Source: Desulfonatronospira sp. (lineage in GTDB: Bacteria > Desulfobacterota > Desulfovibrionia > Desulfovibrionales > Desulfonatronovibrionaceae). Taken from it: 64,000 nucleotides of DNA. This document shows positions 48,097 through 61,928 of the stretch, piece by piece (the first letter of the stretch is position 1; every line of letters starts with the position of its first letter). The position numbers and the translations under genes are program-made. The notes under the pieces are model-generated. The model had not been told where the DNA came from and did not search any database. It saw only the letters and a list, made by a program, of their open reading frames with translations. The stretch is taken from the NCBI GenBank assembly GCA_007125075.1, contig SLDX01000001.1, forward strand, positions 16,539-80,538. The letters are read 5' to 3'.

Positions 48097-49604
48097 AAAG
48101 ATTATCCGGAATCCTCCTGCACGTTTCTTCACTGCCGGGATCATATGGTGTAGGTGATTTCGGAGCTCATGCCTACAGGTTCGTGGATTTTCTGGTCAGC
48201 TGCAGCCAGAAGATCTGGCAGATTCTGCCATTGAATCCCACAACTTCAGGCGCGGGCAATTCTCCATATTCAAGCTACAGCGCTTTTGCTGGCAATCAAT
48301 TGTTCATTGATCCCGAACAGTTGATGGACCAAGGCATGCTCGATCTGCGTGATCTGAACCATGCGTTTTCATTCCCCACGCACCGGGCAGACCATGCTCA
48401 GGCGCAAGTCTTGCGCTCAGCCCTGCTGAAGAAGGCCTTTGACCGTTATCAGGGGCGACTTGAAGATGATGCCAGGTTTGCACTTTTTTGCGATCAGAAT
48501 GTTTACTGGCTTGAAGACTTTGCCCTGTTCAGCGCGCTCAAGGCCCGTTTTCAGGGAGCACCCTGGTATGAATGGCCTGAAGAACTGCGGCAGCGACAAG
48601 AAAAGGAGATTAAGCGGTGGAGGGAAACACTGCACATAGAGATTCTGGAGGAAAAATTTTACCAGTATCTGTTTTTTTCTCAATGGCTGAAGCTTAGAAC
48701 CTATGCCAATAACCGCAAAATCGTCGTCTTCGGTGACCTGCCCATATACGTAAGTCTGGACAGCTGCGATGTCTGGGCGCATCCGCATCTGTTCCTCCTT
48801 GATGACCAGAAAAAACCTACTTTTCTGGCAGGTGCCCCTCCGGATTATTTCAGCGAACATGGCCAGTTCTGGGGCAATCCTCTGTATAACTGGGAAGAGT
48901 GTGCCAGGGAGAACTATAAATGGTGGCTTAAGCGCATCCGTCAGAACATGGTCATGTTTGATCTGTTAAGGTTTGACCATTTCAGAGGCTTTGCTTCCTA
49001 CTGGAGTATTCCTGCCGGTTCTGAAACAGCCGCCAGTGGGCAATGGGTTCAGGGACCCGGAGAACATTTCTGGTCCGTACTGACCCGGGAAATTCCTCCG
49101 GTTCATTTCGTTGCTGAAGACCTTGGTTGTATAACTTCGGATGTGCACGAGCTCAGAGATAAATACAATCTTCCGGGCATGAAGGTACTGCAGTTCGCTT
49201 TTGGAGACGACATGCCTTCCAACCCGTATATTCCGCACAACCATATTCCAAACAGCGTGGTCTATACCGGAACACACGACAACAACACAGTACGCGGGTG
49301 GTACGAGGAAGAACTGGATCAAGGTTCAAGGATCAGGCTGGAAAAGTATGCAGACCGTGAGATCAACCGTAAAAATGTAGCCAGGGAAATGATCCGGCTG
49401 GCCCTGTCTTCCACATCACTTTATTGTGTACTGCCCATGCAGGACGTATTGGGCCTGGACTCCTGGGCGCGCATGAACAAACCTTCAGTGGGCGGAAACA
49501 ACTGGGAATGGAGGGTCGACTGGTCCGGATTCGATATGCAGGTCAAGGATTTTCTGCATCATTACACGGTCATATATGGACGAAACGATTTCAGAAATGC
49601 ATAG
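48093..49604 (+). CDS. malQ: 4-alpha-glucanotransferase (GH77)
   Basis: SGILLHVSSLP, WQILPL, GDLPIYV, WGNPLY, RFDHFRG, AEDLG and YTGTHDN motifs. Confidence 0.95.
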   Translation: MKRLSGILLHVSSLPGSYGVGDFGAHAYRFVDFLVSCSQKIWQILPLNPTTSGAGNSPYSSYSAFAGNQLFIDPEQLMDQGMLDLRDLNHAFSFPTHRADHAQAQVLRSALLKKAFDRYQGRLEDDARFALFCDQNVYWLEDFALFSALKARFQGAPWYEWPEELRQRQEKEIKRWRETLHIEILEEKFYQYLFFSQWLKLRTYANNRKIVVFGDLPIYVSLDSCDVWAHPHLFLLDDQKKPTFLAGAPPDYFSEHGQFWGNPLYNWEECARENYKWWLKRIRQNMVMFDLLRFDHFRGFASYWSIPAGSETAASGQWVQGPGEHFWSVLTREIPPVHFVAEDLGCITSDVHELRDKYNLPGMKVLQFAFGDDMPSNPYIPHNHIPNSVVYTGTHDNNTVRGWYEEELDQGSRIRLEKYADREINRKNVAREMIRLALSSTSLYCVLPMQDVLGLDSWARMNKPSVGGNNWEWRVDWSGFDMQVKDFLHHYTVIYGRNDFRNA

Positions 49605-49655
49605 TTTTGTGGTGCAGCATTCTGGGAATCAATACCAAAAACCGGAGGGGGATAC

Positions 49656-50498
49656 GTGAACGCCTTTAGAGTAATATTCTTCATGCTGGTTATTGCAGCT
49701 GCGTTGCTTGTACTTGTTCAAAACACGGATACACTCGGTCACCAAGCCCCCCTGGAACTTGATCTATGGCTTTTTCAGCTGACTTCGCCGGCAATTGCCA
49801 TGTATGTTGTCGTATTTCTGATTTTTATCCTTGGTATCATTTTCGGGGCTCTAACCTTTTATCCCGGAAACCGGGAGCTCAAAGAAAACCTGAGGCTGCT
49901 CAGAAACAAAGCAGATTTGCTCAAGGAGGAACTCCGGACTGTTGAGAGTCAAAGAGCGCATAAGCTTAGAGAAATCCGGGTACAGACAGGTACTGAGGAA
50001 GCTGTCTCCCCTGACCAGACGATAGAGGCCTATTCCGGTCAGGTCTGGGGAAAGTCGGCCATGGCCGGATGTGTGATAGTGATCATTCTTCTGGTTGTTT
50101 TTTATTATTATACCCTGAGGGACATGGAACAGACACATCAGCGCATGGACCAGGCCGAAGAAAGTTTGGCATCCCATGATCAACAGCTGGAGGAGGTTGA
50201 GTTGCTTATCGAGTATGAGGCGGAAAGGTCCCACTCAAGAATTGATGATCTGCAGGATCAGCTTGATGCTCATTCAGGAGAAATTGAGACCTTAAAGCTT
50301 CAGCCCCAGAAGACAGTGGACTTTATTACCCTGCTGCATCTCAGGGAGACATTGCAGACTCTTAGATACCTGGTAATGGAGGCTGAAACCGAAGAGGACC
50401 GCGATAGCCTGATCGATGCCGGACAAATGCTCCAAAGAGCAATTGAACATTACGAGGACAAGCTTCAGGATAACGCTTTAAAATATGAAAATGAATAA
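49656..50498 (+). CDS. LapA-domain membrane protein with extra TM and coiled coil
   Basis: LVQNT...LDLWLF...TM typical of LapA, followed by a coiled coil, a third TM and a long helical tail. Confidence 0.6.
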   Translation: MNAFRVIFFMLVIAAALLVLVQNTDTLGHQAPLELDLWLFQLTSPAIAMYVVVFLIFILGIIFGALTFYPGNRELKENLRLLRNKADLLKEELRTVESQRAHKLREIRVQTGTEEAVSPDQTIEAYSGQVWGKSAMAGCVIVIILLVVFYYYTLRDMEQTHQRMDQAEESLASHDQQLEEVELLIEYEAERSHSRIDDLQDQLDAHSGEIETLKLQPQKTVDFITLLHLRETLQTLRYLVMEAETEEDRDSLIDAGQMLQRAIEHYEDKLQDNALKYENE

Positions 50499-50534
50499 AT
50501 ATTTAAACTGAAGCCATGCCCGGAAGTCAAGTTT

Positions 50535-50761
50535 TCAGGCTTTTTTGACAATTGCTTGAGGCTGATTCTTAACCGCATCCAGAAAAGCTGCACCCGGCAA
50601 TTATTTGAGAATTGACCTGGATGTTGTTCATAATGTATGCTGGTTTTGCTTTTTTTCTGCGTCGGCAAAGAGTTCTTCAGCGCTCAAAGGCATCAATTAT
50701 TTTTTGAATCAGCATTCAGACATCCGGCAAAAAGTAATAAAACCAAAGTCTGCTTCTGCAT
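50535..50761 (-). pseudogene. Possible decayed small lipoprotein (TPR-like) gene downstream of gyrA
   Basis: ATG 8 nt after the gyrA stop gives MQKQTLVLLLFAG|C..., stopping after 22 codons. A shifted frame continues LSAEELFADAE...ILK*LPGAAF with two internal stops. Confidence 0.35.
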
Positions 50762-50769
50762 AAGCCTGT

Positions 50770-53214
50770 CTACTCCAGACTTATGTCTTCAGTACCCAGA
50801 TCCTGTTCGTGAATAATCAAATCCACACAAATGACCTTTTGATCGTTTTTCAGATTGACCAGCTTGACCCCCTGTGTTGAACGCCCGACCTGCCGGATAT
50901 CAGCAGTACTCAATCTTATGATCTTGTTGGCCGAAGTGAAGATGATCAGTTCATCCTGATCTGAAACCATCAAGGATCCGACTACTTGCCCTGTTTTCAG
51001 GGTGACCTTCATATTGATCATTCCCATGCCTCCCCTGGACTGACATCTGTACATTTCCAGACCGGTCTTCTTTCCAAAACCATTTTCAGAAATGGTAAAC
51101 AGATCAGCAGCCTGATCCTTGTCGACAATCACAGCTGAGACCACCTCATCGCCTTCGCGAAGATTAATGCCTTTGACTCCTGCTGCACTGCGGCCCATAG
51201 CCCGGACCTGAGTACATTCAAAGCGTATGGAATAACCAAGCAGAGTGGACAGAATAACCTGTGATTCCTCCCGGACCACCCGGACCCCGATCAGCTCGTC
51301 CCCTGGTCTGAGCGTAAGGGCGATAAGCCCTGGCGAGCGCATGTTCTTAAAATTGTCGATGGAGGTTTTTTTAACCACGCCCTTACGGGTGACCATCAAA
51401 AAGTAGTTCTGCTGATCGAAGTTCCGCTCGGACAGGGCTGTGGCGATAAACTCGTCAGCATTAAGAGGAAGAAGATTCTTGATGTGCACTCCCCTGGCGG
51501 TGCGCAGACCTTCCGGAATTTCAAAAGCCTTAAGCCTGTAAGCTTTGCCGGTGTTGGAAAAGAGGTAGATATCCTGATGATTGCTGGTAGTCAGAAGGGT
51601 GGAAATGAAATCCTCATCACTGACATTGGCTCCGGCTATGCCTTTTCCTCCTCTTTTCTGCTGATGATAAAATTCTAGAAGAGTTCTCTTCACATAGCCT
51701 TTTCTGGACATGGTTATGACCACTTCGTGATCAGGAACAAGATCCATTATATCAATGCTGTCCGGTTCCTGTTCCATGATCACGGTTTTGCGTTCAGTGG
51801 CATAGTTCTTTTTCAACTCGTGAAGTTCTTTGCGGATTTCTTCTTTCAGAACCTCGATGTTCTCCAGAATGCTTTTCAGAAATTCTATCTGCTGCAAAAG
51901 ATCCCGGTACTCCTGAACCAGCTTTTCCCGTTCCAGATTGGTCAGTCTCTGCAGCCGCATTTCCAGAATGGCCTGAGCCTGGACATAAGTCAGCTCAAAA
52001 CTGCTCATAAGCTTTTCTCTGGCCTCGGAGGCATTGGAAGACCCCCTGATTAGTCTGACCACCTCATCTATGTTGTCCAGAGCAATCTGCAGCCCTTCTA
52101 GGATATGAGCCCGGTGTTCCGCCTTTTTCAGATCATAGCGCGTTCTTCTTAAGATTACCTCTTTTCTGTGCTCCAGGAAATATTCCAGAATCTGTTTAAG
52201 ATTAAGAAGTTGCGGCCGGTTGTTGACCACAGCCATCATATTGATCCCGAAGCTGGTTTCCAGAGCGGTCAGTTTGTACAGCCTGTTGATGATCACATCA
52301 GGAATGACTCCCTTTTTCAGATCAATGACAATTCTTATTCCTTTGCGGTCTGATTCATCGCGAAGATCTGACACGCCTTCAATTTTCTTTTCATTGATGA
52401 GGCCGGCCATTCTTTCCACCAGATTGGCCTTGTTCAAGGCATAAGGAATCTGGGTGACCACTATGGACTCATATCCTCTGGTTCTTGATTCAACCTCCAG
52501 CCTGGATCGGATCTTAAAACTGCCTCTTCCTGTGTGGTATGCATCCGATATTCCCCGCCGGTTGTAGATATAAGCACCTGTTGGCAGGTCAGGGCCTTTT
52601 ATTCTGGTCATCAGATCCCTGATCTCAACGTCCGGATTTTCCAGGAGCATAAGCAGTGCGTCGGCAACCTCCTCCAGGTTGTGCGGCGGGATGTTGGTGG
52701 CCATACCCACAGCTATGCCGGAGCTGCCGTTGACCAGAAGGTTGGGCGCCCTGGCCGGCAGAACTTCCGGTTCGCTCAGGGTGTTGTCGTAATTGGGCCT
52801 GAAATTTACTGTTTCTTTTTCAATGTCAGCCAGAAACTCTCCGGACAGTCTGGACATGCGTACTTCTGTGTAGCGCATGGCTGCCGGAGCATCTCCGTCA
52901 ATCGAGCCGAAATTGCCCTGTCCGTCCACTAATGGGTCGCGCATGTTGAAATTCTGGGCCATGCGCACCAGGGCGTCATATACGGCAGAATCACCATGAG
53001 GATGGTATTTACCGATCACATCACCCACTACCCTGGCGGATTTCTTGTATGGACGGTTATAGGTGTTGCCCAGTTCATGCATGGCAAAGAGAATCCGCCG
53101 ATGCACAGGTTTAAGCCCGTCCCTGACGTCGGGAATGGCCCTGCCGATGATTACGCTCAGGGAGTATTCCAGATAAGATTTCTTTATTTCCTGCTCAATG
53201 CTTATATTGCTCAA
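50770..53214 (-). CDS. gyrA: DNA gyrase subunit A
   Basis: YHPHGD, AAMRYTE, GyrA-box QKRGGKG and C-terminal pinwheel repeats. Confidence 0.98.
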   Translation of the reverse strand: MSNISIEQEIKKSYLEYSLSVIIGRAIPDVRDGLKPVHRRILFAMHELGNTYNRPYKKSARVVGDVIGKYHPHGDSAVYDALVRMAQNFNMRDPLVDGQGNFGSIDGDAPAAMRYTEVRMSRLSGEFLADIEKETVNFRPNYDNTLSEPEVLPARAPNLLVNGSSGIAVGMATNIPPHNLEEVADALLMLLENPDVEIRDLMTRIKGPDLPTGAYIYNRRGISDAYHTGRGSFKIRSRLEVESRTRGYESIVVTQIPYALNKANLVERMAGLINEKKIEGVSDLRDESDRKGIRIVIDLKKGVIPDVIINRLYKLTALETSFGINMMAVVNNRPQLLNLKQILEYFLEHRKEVILRRTRYDLKKAEHRAHILEGLQIALDNIDEVVRLIRGSSNASEAREKLMSSFELTYVQAQAILEMRLQRLTNLEREKLVQEYRDLLQQIEFLKSILENIEVLKEEIRKELHELKKNYATERKTVIMEQEPDSIDIMDLVPDHEVVITMSRKGYVKRTLLEFYHQQKRGGKGIAGANVSDEDFISTLLTTSNHQDIYLFSNTGKAYRLKAFEIPEGLRTARGVHIKNLLPLNADEFIATALSERNFDQQNYFLMVTRKGVVKKTSIDNFKNMRSPGLIALTLRPGDELIGVRVVREESQVILSTLLGYSIRFECTQVRAMGRSAAGVKGINLREGDEVVSAVIVDKDQAADLFTISENGFGKKTGLEMYRCQSRGGMGMINMKVTLKTGQVVGSLMVSDQDELIIFTSANKIIRLSTADIRQVGRSTQGVKLVNLKNDQKVICVDLIIHEQDLGTEDISLE

Positions 53215-53270
53215 TGAAAGACTCCAATACTAAAAATTTAAGAAAAACAGATGAAACAGCTTAAATTTTG

Positions 53271-56839
<3,569 letters not shown>

Positions 56840-57383
56840 ATAGTATCCTTATTAGCCTCTGTTTATAAGTATAAAATTCGAATAAGTATCGAAAATTTAT
56901 GATCTTTGAGGTGGATATCTTTATCTTGGTCTTTTTTAAGTGCTGTAGATTGTGTTCCAAACTTCAGACATTGGTCCTTTCAACTGACCAATTGTTCACA
57001 GCCACATCAATAAGGTGTTGATAAAAGTATTATTTACTTGAAATGATTAAGAAAAATTAAGAAAGTCTTCTTGACCGACATGACCCTGGCCGGTCCAATT
57101 TTTTTAGAAGAGATCTATTTACAGGATCAAAAACAACATAGCACAACTTTTAATTAATGTAAAAAGAACAAATAGTTGATATATATTAATTTTTAATTTA
57201 AAAAAATTAATTGAATCCTTCGTGTTTTTCAGCTTTAAATTACTGGGGATTGTTGTTTTTCTTGCAGCTTTGCTCAGCTTAAGCTAAGGAGCACAAAAAC
57301 GGGTATCCCAAGTTTAATCTGAAAAGGCTTTTATCAAGTGATTATGAAAATCCGGATCTGCAGATGAAAAATCAAGGTGAACC
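56840..57383. other. AT-rich divergent intergenic region; weak oriC candidate
   Basis: Degenerate DnaA boxes TTGTTCACA (56992-57000) and TTATCAACA (minus strand, 57016-57024); GATCTATTTACAG (57112-57124); very AT-rich 57150-57240; no perfect box. Confidence 0.3.
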
Positions 57384-58556
57384 ATGTCCAGCATTTATGA
57401 AGTGAACAAGAGTATTGAAGAAATAAATGAAAGAATAAAAAAGAAAAAGGCTGTGGTGGTCAATGCCAGGGAAATGTCCAGTCTGGTACGCAGCAAAGGC
57501 GAAATCAAAGCTGCCCGGGAAGTTGATGTTGTTACCACCGGGACATTTTCTCCGATGTGTTCCTCGGGAATGATCTTTAATTTCGGCCAGAAACCTCCGA
57601 TGATCAAAGCTCACAGGTTATGGCTGGATAACGTTCCCTGCTATGCCGGTCTAGCTGCGGTGGATGCTTATCTGGGTGTTACCGAGCCCACGGAAAGCGA
57701 TCCGCTGAATAAGGTCTACCCCGGGAAGTTTGCCTATGGAGGAGGGCATGTAATTGAAAATCTGGTCAAAGGCCGGTCAGTCCACTTGAAGGCGGTAGGA
57801 TACGGAACTGACTGCTACCCGCGCAAACTCCTTGAAAAGGATGTCACCCTGAACGAACTTAAATCCGCTGTACTTTTCAATCCCAGAAACGGCTATCAGA
57901 ATTATAACTGTGCGGTCAATCTGACCAATAAGATCAAGTACACGTACATGGGTCCCTTAAGAGCCAATCTGGGCAATTTGAATTTCGCCACTTCCGGGTG
58001 CTTAAGTCCTCTCTTCAATGATCCCTATTTCCTGACCACCGGGCTTGGCACAAAAATATTTCTGGGCGGAGGCACCGGTTACGTCATTGGAGCAGGAACC
58101 CAGCATAACAGCGACCCTCCACGCAATGAACGAGGCGTTCCCAAAATGCCGGCCGGTACGCTTATGGTTAAAGGTGATTTGAAAGGAATGAATCCAAGGT
58201 ATCTGCGCGGAGTAAGTTTTGCCGGTTACGGCTGCTCCCTGTCTGTAGGGCTTGGAATCCCGATCCCGGTATTAAATGAGCAGATCGCCTGGTACACCGG
58301 TGTTGATGATTCTGACATTCACATGCCGGTTATTGATTACGGTTACGACTATGGTGCCGGTAAAGCCAAGATACTGAGCTACGTAACTTACGAGCAGCTT
58401 ATGTCCGGAAGAGTGGAAATACATGATAAAAAGACAGCAGCAGTACCTCTGACCAGTTATTCTATGTCACTTGAAATAGCTGATGTCCTCAAAGACTGGA
58501 TTCTATCCGGAGATTTTTTGTTGACTGCTGCCCAGGAAAAAATTGAATCCAACTAA
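57384..58556 (+). CDS. Homocysteine biosynthesis protein (DUF39 / aspartate-semialdehyde sulfurtransferase family, no CBS domains)
   Basis: VDVVTTGTFSPMCSSG, YGGGHVIE, YGTDCYPR, NPRNGYQNYN, YTYMGPL, SPLFNDP and GLGIPIP motifs. Confidence 0.82.
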   Translation: MSSIYEVNKSIEEINERIKKKKAVVVNAREMSSLVRSKGEIKAAREVDVVTTGTFSPMCSSGMIFNFGQKPPMIKAHRLWLDNVPCYAGLAAVDAYLGVTEPTESDPLNKVYPGKFAYGGGHVIENLVKGRSVHLKAVGYGTDCYPRKLLEKDVTLNELKSAVLFNPRNGYQNYNCAVNLTNKIKYTYMGPLRANLGNLNFATSGCLSPLFNDPYFLTTGLGTKIFLGGGTGYVIGAGTQHNSDPPRNERGVPKMPAGTLMVKGDLKGMNPRYLRGVSFAGYGCSLSVGLGIPIPVLNEQIAWYTGVDDSDIHMPVIDYGYDYGAGKAKILSYVTYEQLMSGRVEIHDKKTAAVPLTSYSMSLEIADVLKDWILSGDFLLTAAQEKIESN

Positions 58557-59343
58557 AGAATTATACGCTTATCTTCAACATATTTCTCCAGTGGCGATCG
58601 CCTTGTCCGGGGGAATGGACAGCAGTACTCTGACGGCTTTCTGTGCGCGCAACAGGATTGCTTACAAGGCTTATACCCTGCTTGGTCCCCACCTGACAGA
58701 CTTTGAGCTGGAAAGGGTGTTTTCATGGACCCGCAGGCACTCGATCAATCATCAGTTTTTATATTTCAATCCCCTGGCGGACAAAAATATCCGAATGAAT
58801 ACAACTTTGCGCTGCTATTACTGCAAATCGGCTTCTTTTGCCTTCTTACTGAAAGCATCTGCTGATAAGTTTAAAACATTCATTGACGGTACTAGGGCAG
58901 AAGACTTAGATTCATATCGTCCCGGGGTAAAGGCTTTGCAGGAGCTGAATGTCAAATCGCCCTTTGCCGATCTTGGATTTGATCGAAGCATGATCATTGA
59001 TCTGGCCAGGAACATTGATCTTTCTGACTTCGACAGGTATTCCAGGTCCTGCATCCTGACCAGATTCGAGTATGATTTTTCCCTGTCCGGAAATCTTGTT
59101 GAAAAAGTTCGGCGGATTGAAGATTATCTTTTAAGGATGCAGGTTTCCGGCTTCCGATTGAGGGTATTCAGGCCCATGCGCATAGTGCTGCAGGTTGATG
59201 GAGAATATATGGAAATGATTAAAATACTTGGCGGCAATCTGGAATCCTTGATGCGGGAGCAGGACTTATATCCTTATGAACTGCAATTTATGGATTTTGA
59301 TAAAATATCGGGTTATTTCGATCAAAAACGAAAAGAAATGTAA
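58543..59343 (+). CDS. LarE-like PP-loop ATP-dependent sulfur transferase
   Basis: ALSGGMDSS PP-loop, RCYYCK, IDGTRAEDLDSYRPG and SCILTRF motifs; overlaps the preceding gene. Confidence 0.75.
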   Translation: MNPTKELYAYLQHISPVAIALSGGMDSSTLTAFCARNRIAYKAYTLLGPHLTDFELERVFSWTRRHSINHQFLYFNPLADKNIRMNTTLRCYYCKSASFAFLLKASADKFKTFIDGTRAEDLDSYRPGVKALQELNVKSPFADLGFDRSMIIDLARNIDLSDFDRYSRSCILTRFEYDFSLSGNLVEKVRRIEDYLLRMQVSGFRLRVFRPMRIVLQVDGEYMEMIKILGGNLESLMREQDLYPYELQFMDFDKISGYFDQKRKEM

Positions 59344-59354
59344 GGAAGGACATA

Positions 59355-59915
59355 ATGCATGAGGTCAGCTTGAACCAGGTGATCAGCGACTATCTGACGG
59401 GTGAGGATATAGAGCTCACCACCTATGAGGACATCAGGCAGGCTCTGGCCCGGATTCTGGTCGAGGAGAAGGGCTATCCTCCGGAAAACATAGTGCCTAA
59501 ATACAGGCTAACTCTTGATCTTGGAGACAAACACTATGATATTTTCATTGATTTTGTTGTATATATAGATAAAAGGCCGGCTTTAATTCTGGGATTTTGT
59601 CCGGGTGCTGTTTCCACGTTTATCACTCAGTATGTATGTGTTGCCAGACTGTTTCCCGGAGGTCCTGTACCCTATGCCGCAGTCACCGACTCCAAGGATG
59701 TGGCTTTAATGCGTGTTCAGGATAAATCTGAATTGTGCAGAGGTTATCACTGCATTCCACATTGGACAGATTTGAAAAAGATGTTTGCTGATTTTCAGGG
59801 GTTCACCCTGTCCAGGGAAAGACTGGATAAAGAAAAAAGAATTGCTTATGCCATGTTTGCCCTGAGCGACGGCAGCTGCAGTTCAGTCTGTCAGGTCACC
59901 ACTGATAAATCTTAG
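59355..59915 (+). CDS. Stand-alone type I restriction HsdR N-terminal-like domain protein
   Basis: EDIRQALARILVEEKGYP..I..., IDFVV pattern; strong RBS AAGGAAGGA. Confidence 0.6.
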   Translation: MHEVSLNQVISDYLTGEDIELTTYEDIRQALARILVEEKGYPPENIVPKYRLTLDLGDKHYDIFIDFVVYIDKRPALILGFCPGAVSTFITQYVCVARLFPGGPVPYAAVTDSKDVALMRVQDKSELCRGYHCIPHWTDLKKMFADFQGFTLSRERLDKEKRIAYAMFALSDGSCSSVCQVTTDKS

Positions 59916-60888
59916 GCGCTTCCAGCAGTTCTATTGCCTGGAGTATACTTTCTTTGTCAGCAGCTGCGGTTCCCACCTGACCCACAACGTAACCCGCCGC
60001 ATAGTTGGCCAGCATGCAGGATTCAGACAAGCTCATCCCTGCCTGGATTCCGGTTCCCAAAGCGGCTATGACCGTATCCCCGGCTCCGGTTACATCGTAT
60101 ACTTTCCGGGCACTGGTAGGAAAATGAGTGATGGGACCGTCCCCGGAAAAAAGGACCATTCCTTCCGGCCCCATAGTGATAAGCAGGTTGCTCAGTCCTT
60201 TAGAACTTATCAGTTTTTTTCCAGCCCTTATGATGCTTTTTTGATTTTCTATACTGATTCCGCTGCCTTGTTCAGCTTCCTTCTGATTCGGGGTCATGAT
60301 GAATAAATTTTTGTAATCTCTGAAATTTTTGTTTTTAGGATCGAGTACCACCTTTCTATCGGTCAGTGCGCAAAGAATCTTTTTTTTGACCAGTCCCTTT
60401 CCATAGTCGGAAACAAGTACATATTCTCCGTATCGATGCTCTGCTATCTTTTTCAGGACCAGGGCTTCATCCCTTGCATCGATATGCGAGTTGTTTTCAA
60501 TATCCACACGCACTATCTGCTGACTGTTTCCAATAACTCTGGTCTTTAGAGTCGTTTTCCTTCTGGTGGAGACAATCAGATCACAGGCGATATTCTCAGA
60601 CTTAAGCTCTGCAAAAATCCTTTCTCCATGCTCATCATCCCCGACAATTCCTACCAGAAAAGGTTCTCCCCCGAGTGTTTTTATATTTCTGGCTACGTTG
60701 CCCGCGCCACCCAGGCTGTAGGTCTCTTTATGGATAAAGACCACCGGAACCGGAGCCTCCGGTGAAATTCTGGATACCTCACCCCACTGATAATGATCAA
60801 GCATGATGTCTCCGAGAACTAGGGTGACCTGCCCATTGATCTGTTCAAGGCTGGATATAAGCTTGTTTTTGATATGCATTTGTATCAA
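59896..60888 (-). CDS. rfaE1: D-glycero-beta-D-manno-heptose-7-phosphate kinase (HldE/RfaE kinase domain)
   Basis: GDIMLDHY, RISPEAPVPV, GGAGNVA, SDYGKG, TPNQKE and DVTGAGDTV motifs. Confidence 0.88.
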   Translation of the reverse strand: MIQMHIKNKLISSLEQINGQVTLVLGDIMLDHYQWGEVSRISPEAPVPVVFIHKETYSLGGAGNVARNIKTLGGEPFLVGIVGDDEHGERIFAELKSENIACDLIVSTRRKTTLKTRVIGNSQQIVRVDIENNSHIDARDEALVLKKIAEHRYGEYVLVSDYGKGLVKKKILCALTDRKVVLDPKNKNFRDYKNLFIMTPNQKEAEQGSGISIENQKSIIRAGKKLISSKGLSNLLITMGPEGMVLFSGDGPITHFPTSARKVYDVTGAGDTVIAALGTGIQAGMSLSESCMLANYAAGYVVGQVGTAAADKESILQAIELLEAPKIYQW

Positions 60889-61760
60889 ATTCCTTGTTCT
60901 TCCAGACCCAGGTGTTGAAGCAGGCTTTTTAATTCTTTATTGTTTTTATATTTAAGAATGACCTGTCCCTTTTTTTCATCTCCTTTCAAGCTGACCTGAA
61001 CAGCATTATTTAATTTTTCCTTGATTCTTTTTTCCAGAACCCTGCATGCGGAATTTCTGGACACTTGAGACTTGCAGTTCCGCGGCTTCATTTCAATGGC
61101 CTTTTTGACCAGATCTTCGGTCTGACGCACTGAAAGATTTTTGCTGATGATTTTCTGACACAGCTCCGTGAGCTGCTGTTCATCCTTGACAGCCAGCAAT
61201 GCCCTGGCGTGCCCGGAACTCAGGGTATTGTCCTCCACCAGTTCGCGTATCTTTTCCGGCAGTCTGGTCAACCGCAGGATATTTGTCAGCTGTGGTCTGC
61301 TCTTGCCGAGTCTTGCGGCAAGCTGATCATGACTTATGTCTAGTTCATTCTGGAGCCTGTGCAGGGCATAGGCCTGCTCCATTGGGTTCAGATCCTCTCT
61401 TTGCAGATTCTCGATCAGGGCAATGGCCAGGACTTCCTGGTCGCTGAAGTCTCTGACCAGTGCAGGGATAGTTCCAAGTCCGGCCTCCAGGCTGGCCCTC
61501 CATCTTCTTTCTCCTGCAATGATTTCATATTCACAGTTCTGATCAAGTCGGACCAGAATTGGCTGCAGTACTCCGTTTTCTCTTATTGACGAGGCAAGCT
61601 CCTCGATTTTTTCCGGGTCTAATTTTTTGCGCGGCTGAAAATGATTGGGTCTGATTTTGTGCACGCTGATCTGAATGGTGTCGGTATTTTTTTCTTCATA
61701 AAAGCTCGGCTTGATCAAGGCATCCAAGCCTTTGCCCAGACCCTTTCCCCCGGTTTTCAT
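60885..61760 (-). CDS. parB: Chromosome partitioning protein ParB/Spo0J
   Basis: GLGKGLDALI, QPRK, GVLQPILVR, IIAGERRWRA, ENLQREDL and HTH GKSRPQLTN. Confidence 0.95.
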   Translation of the reverse strand: MKTGGKGLGKGLDALIKPSFYEEKNTDTIQISVHKIRPNHFQPRKKLDPEKIEELASSIRENGVLQPILVRLDQNCEYEIIAGERRWRASLEAGLGTIPALVRDFSDQEVLAIALIENLQREDLNPMEQAYALHRLQNELDISHDQLAARLGKSRPQLTNILRLTRLPEKIRELVEDNTLSSGHARALLAVKDEQQLTELCQKIISKNLSVRQTEDLVKKAIEMKPRNCKSQVSRNSACRVLEKRIKEKLNNAVQVSLKGDEKKGQVILKYKNNKELKSLLQHLGLEEQGI

Positions 61761-61928
61761 AACAGCTCCTTGTTTTAAAATTGGTAGTATAAACTTGCAA
61801 AAAAATTATTGCCGATTAATTTGCTGGCATTCAGGGGTTGCGGTTAATCCTGGCTGTTTTTTAATAATTGTGTACAATTAAAAAAAATTAATGTATGATT
61901 TTTTTCAAAAAATAATTAGGAGGAAACC

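Noticed and set aside
57200-57383. SAM riboswitch upstream of the homocysteine gene
   Set aside because: Only TTATCAAG matches; the remaining S-box core is absent
61825-61841. Sigma54-like TGGCATTCAGGGGTTGC
   Set aside because: GG-to-GC spacing is 12 nt rather than the obligatory 10
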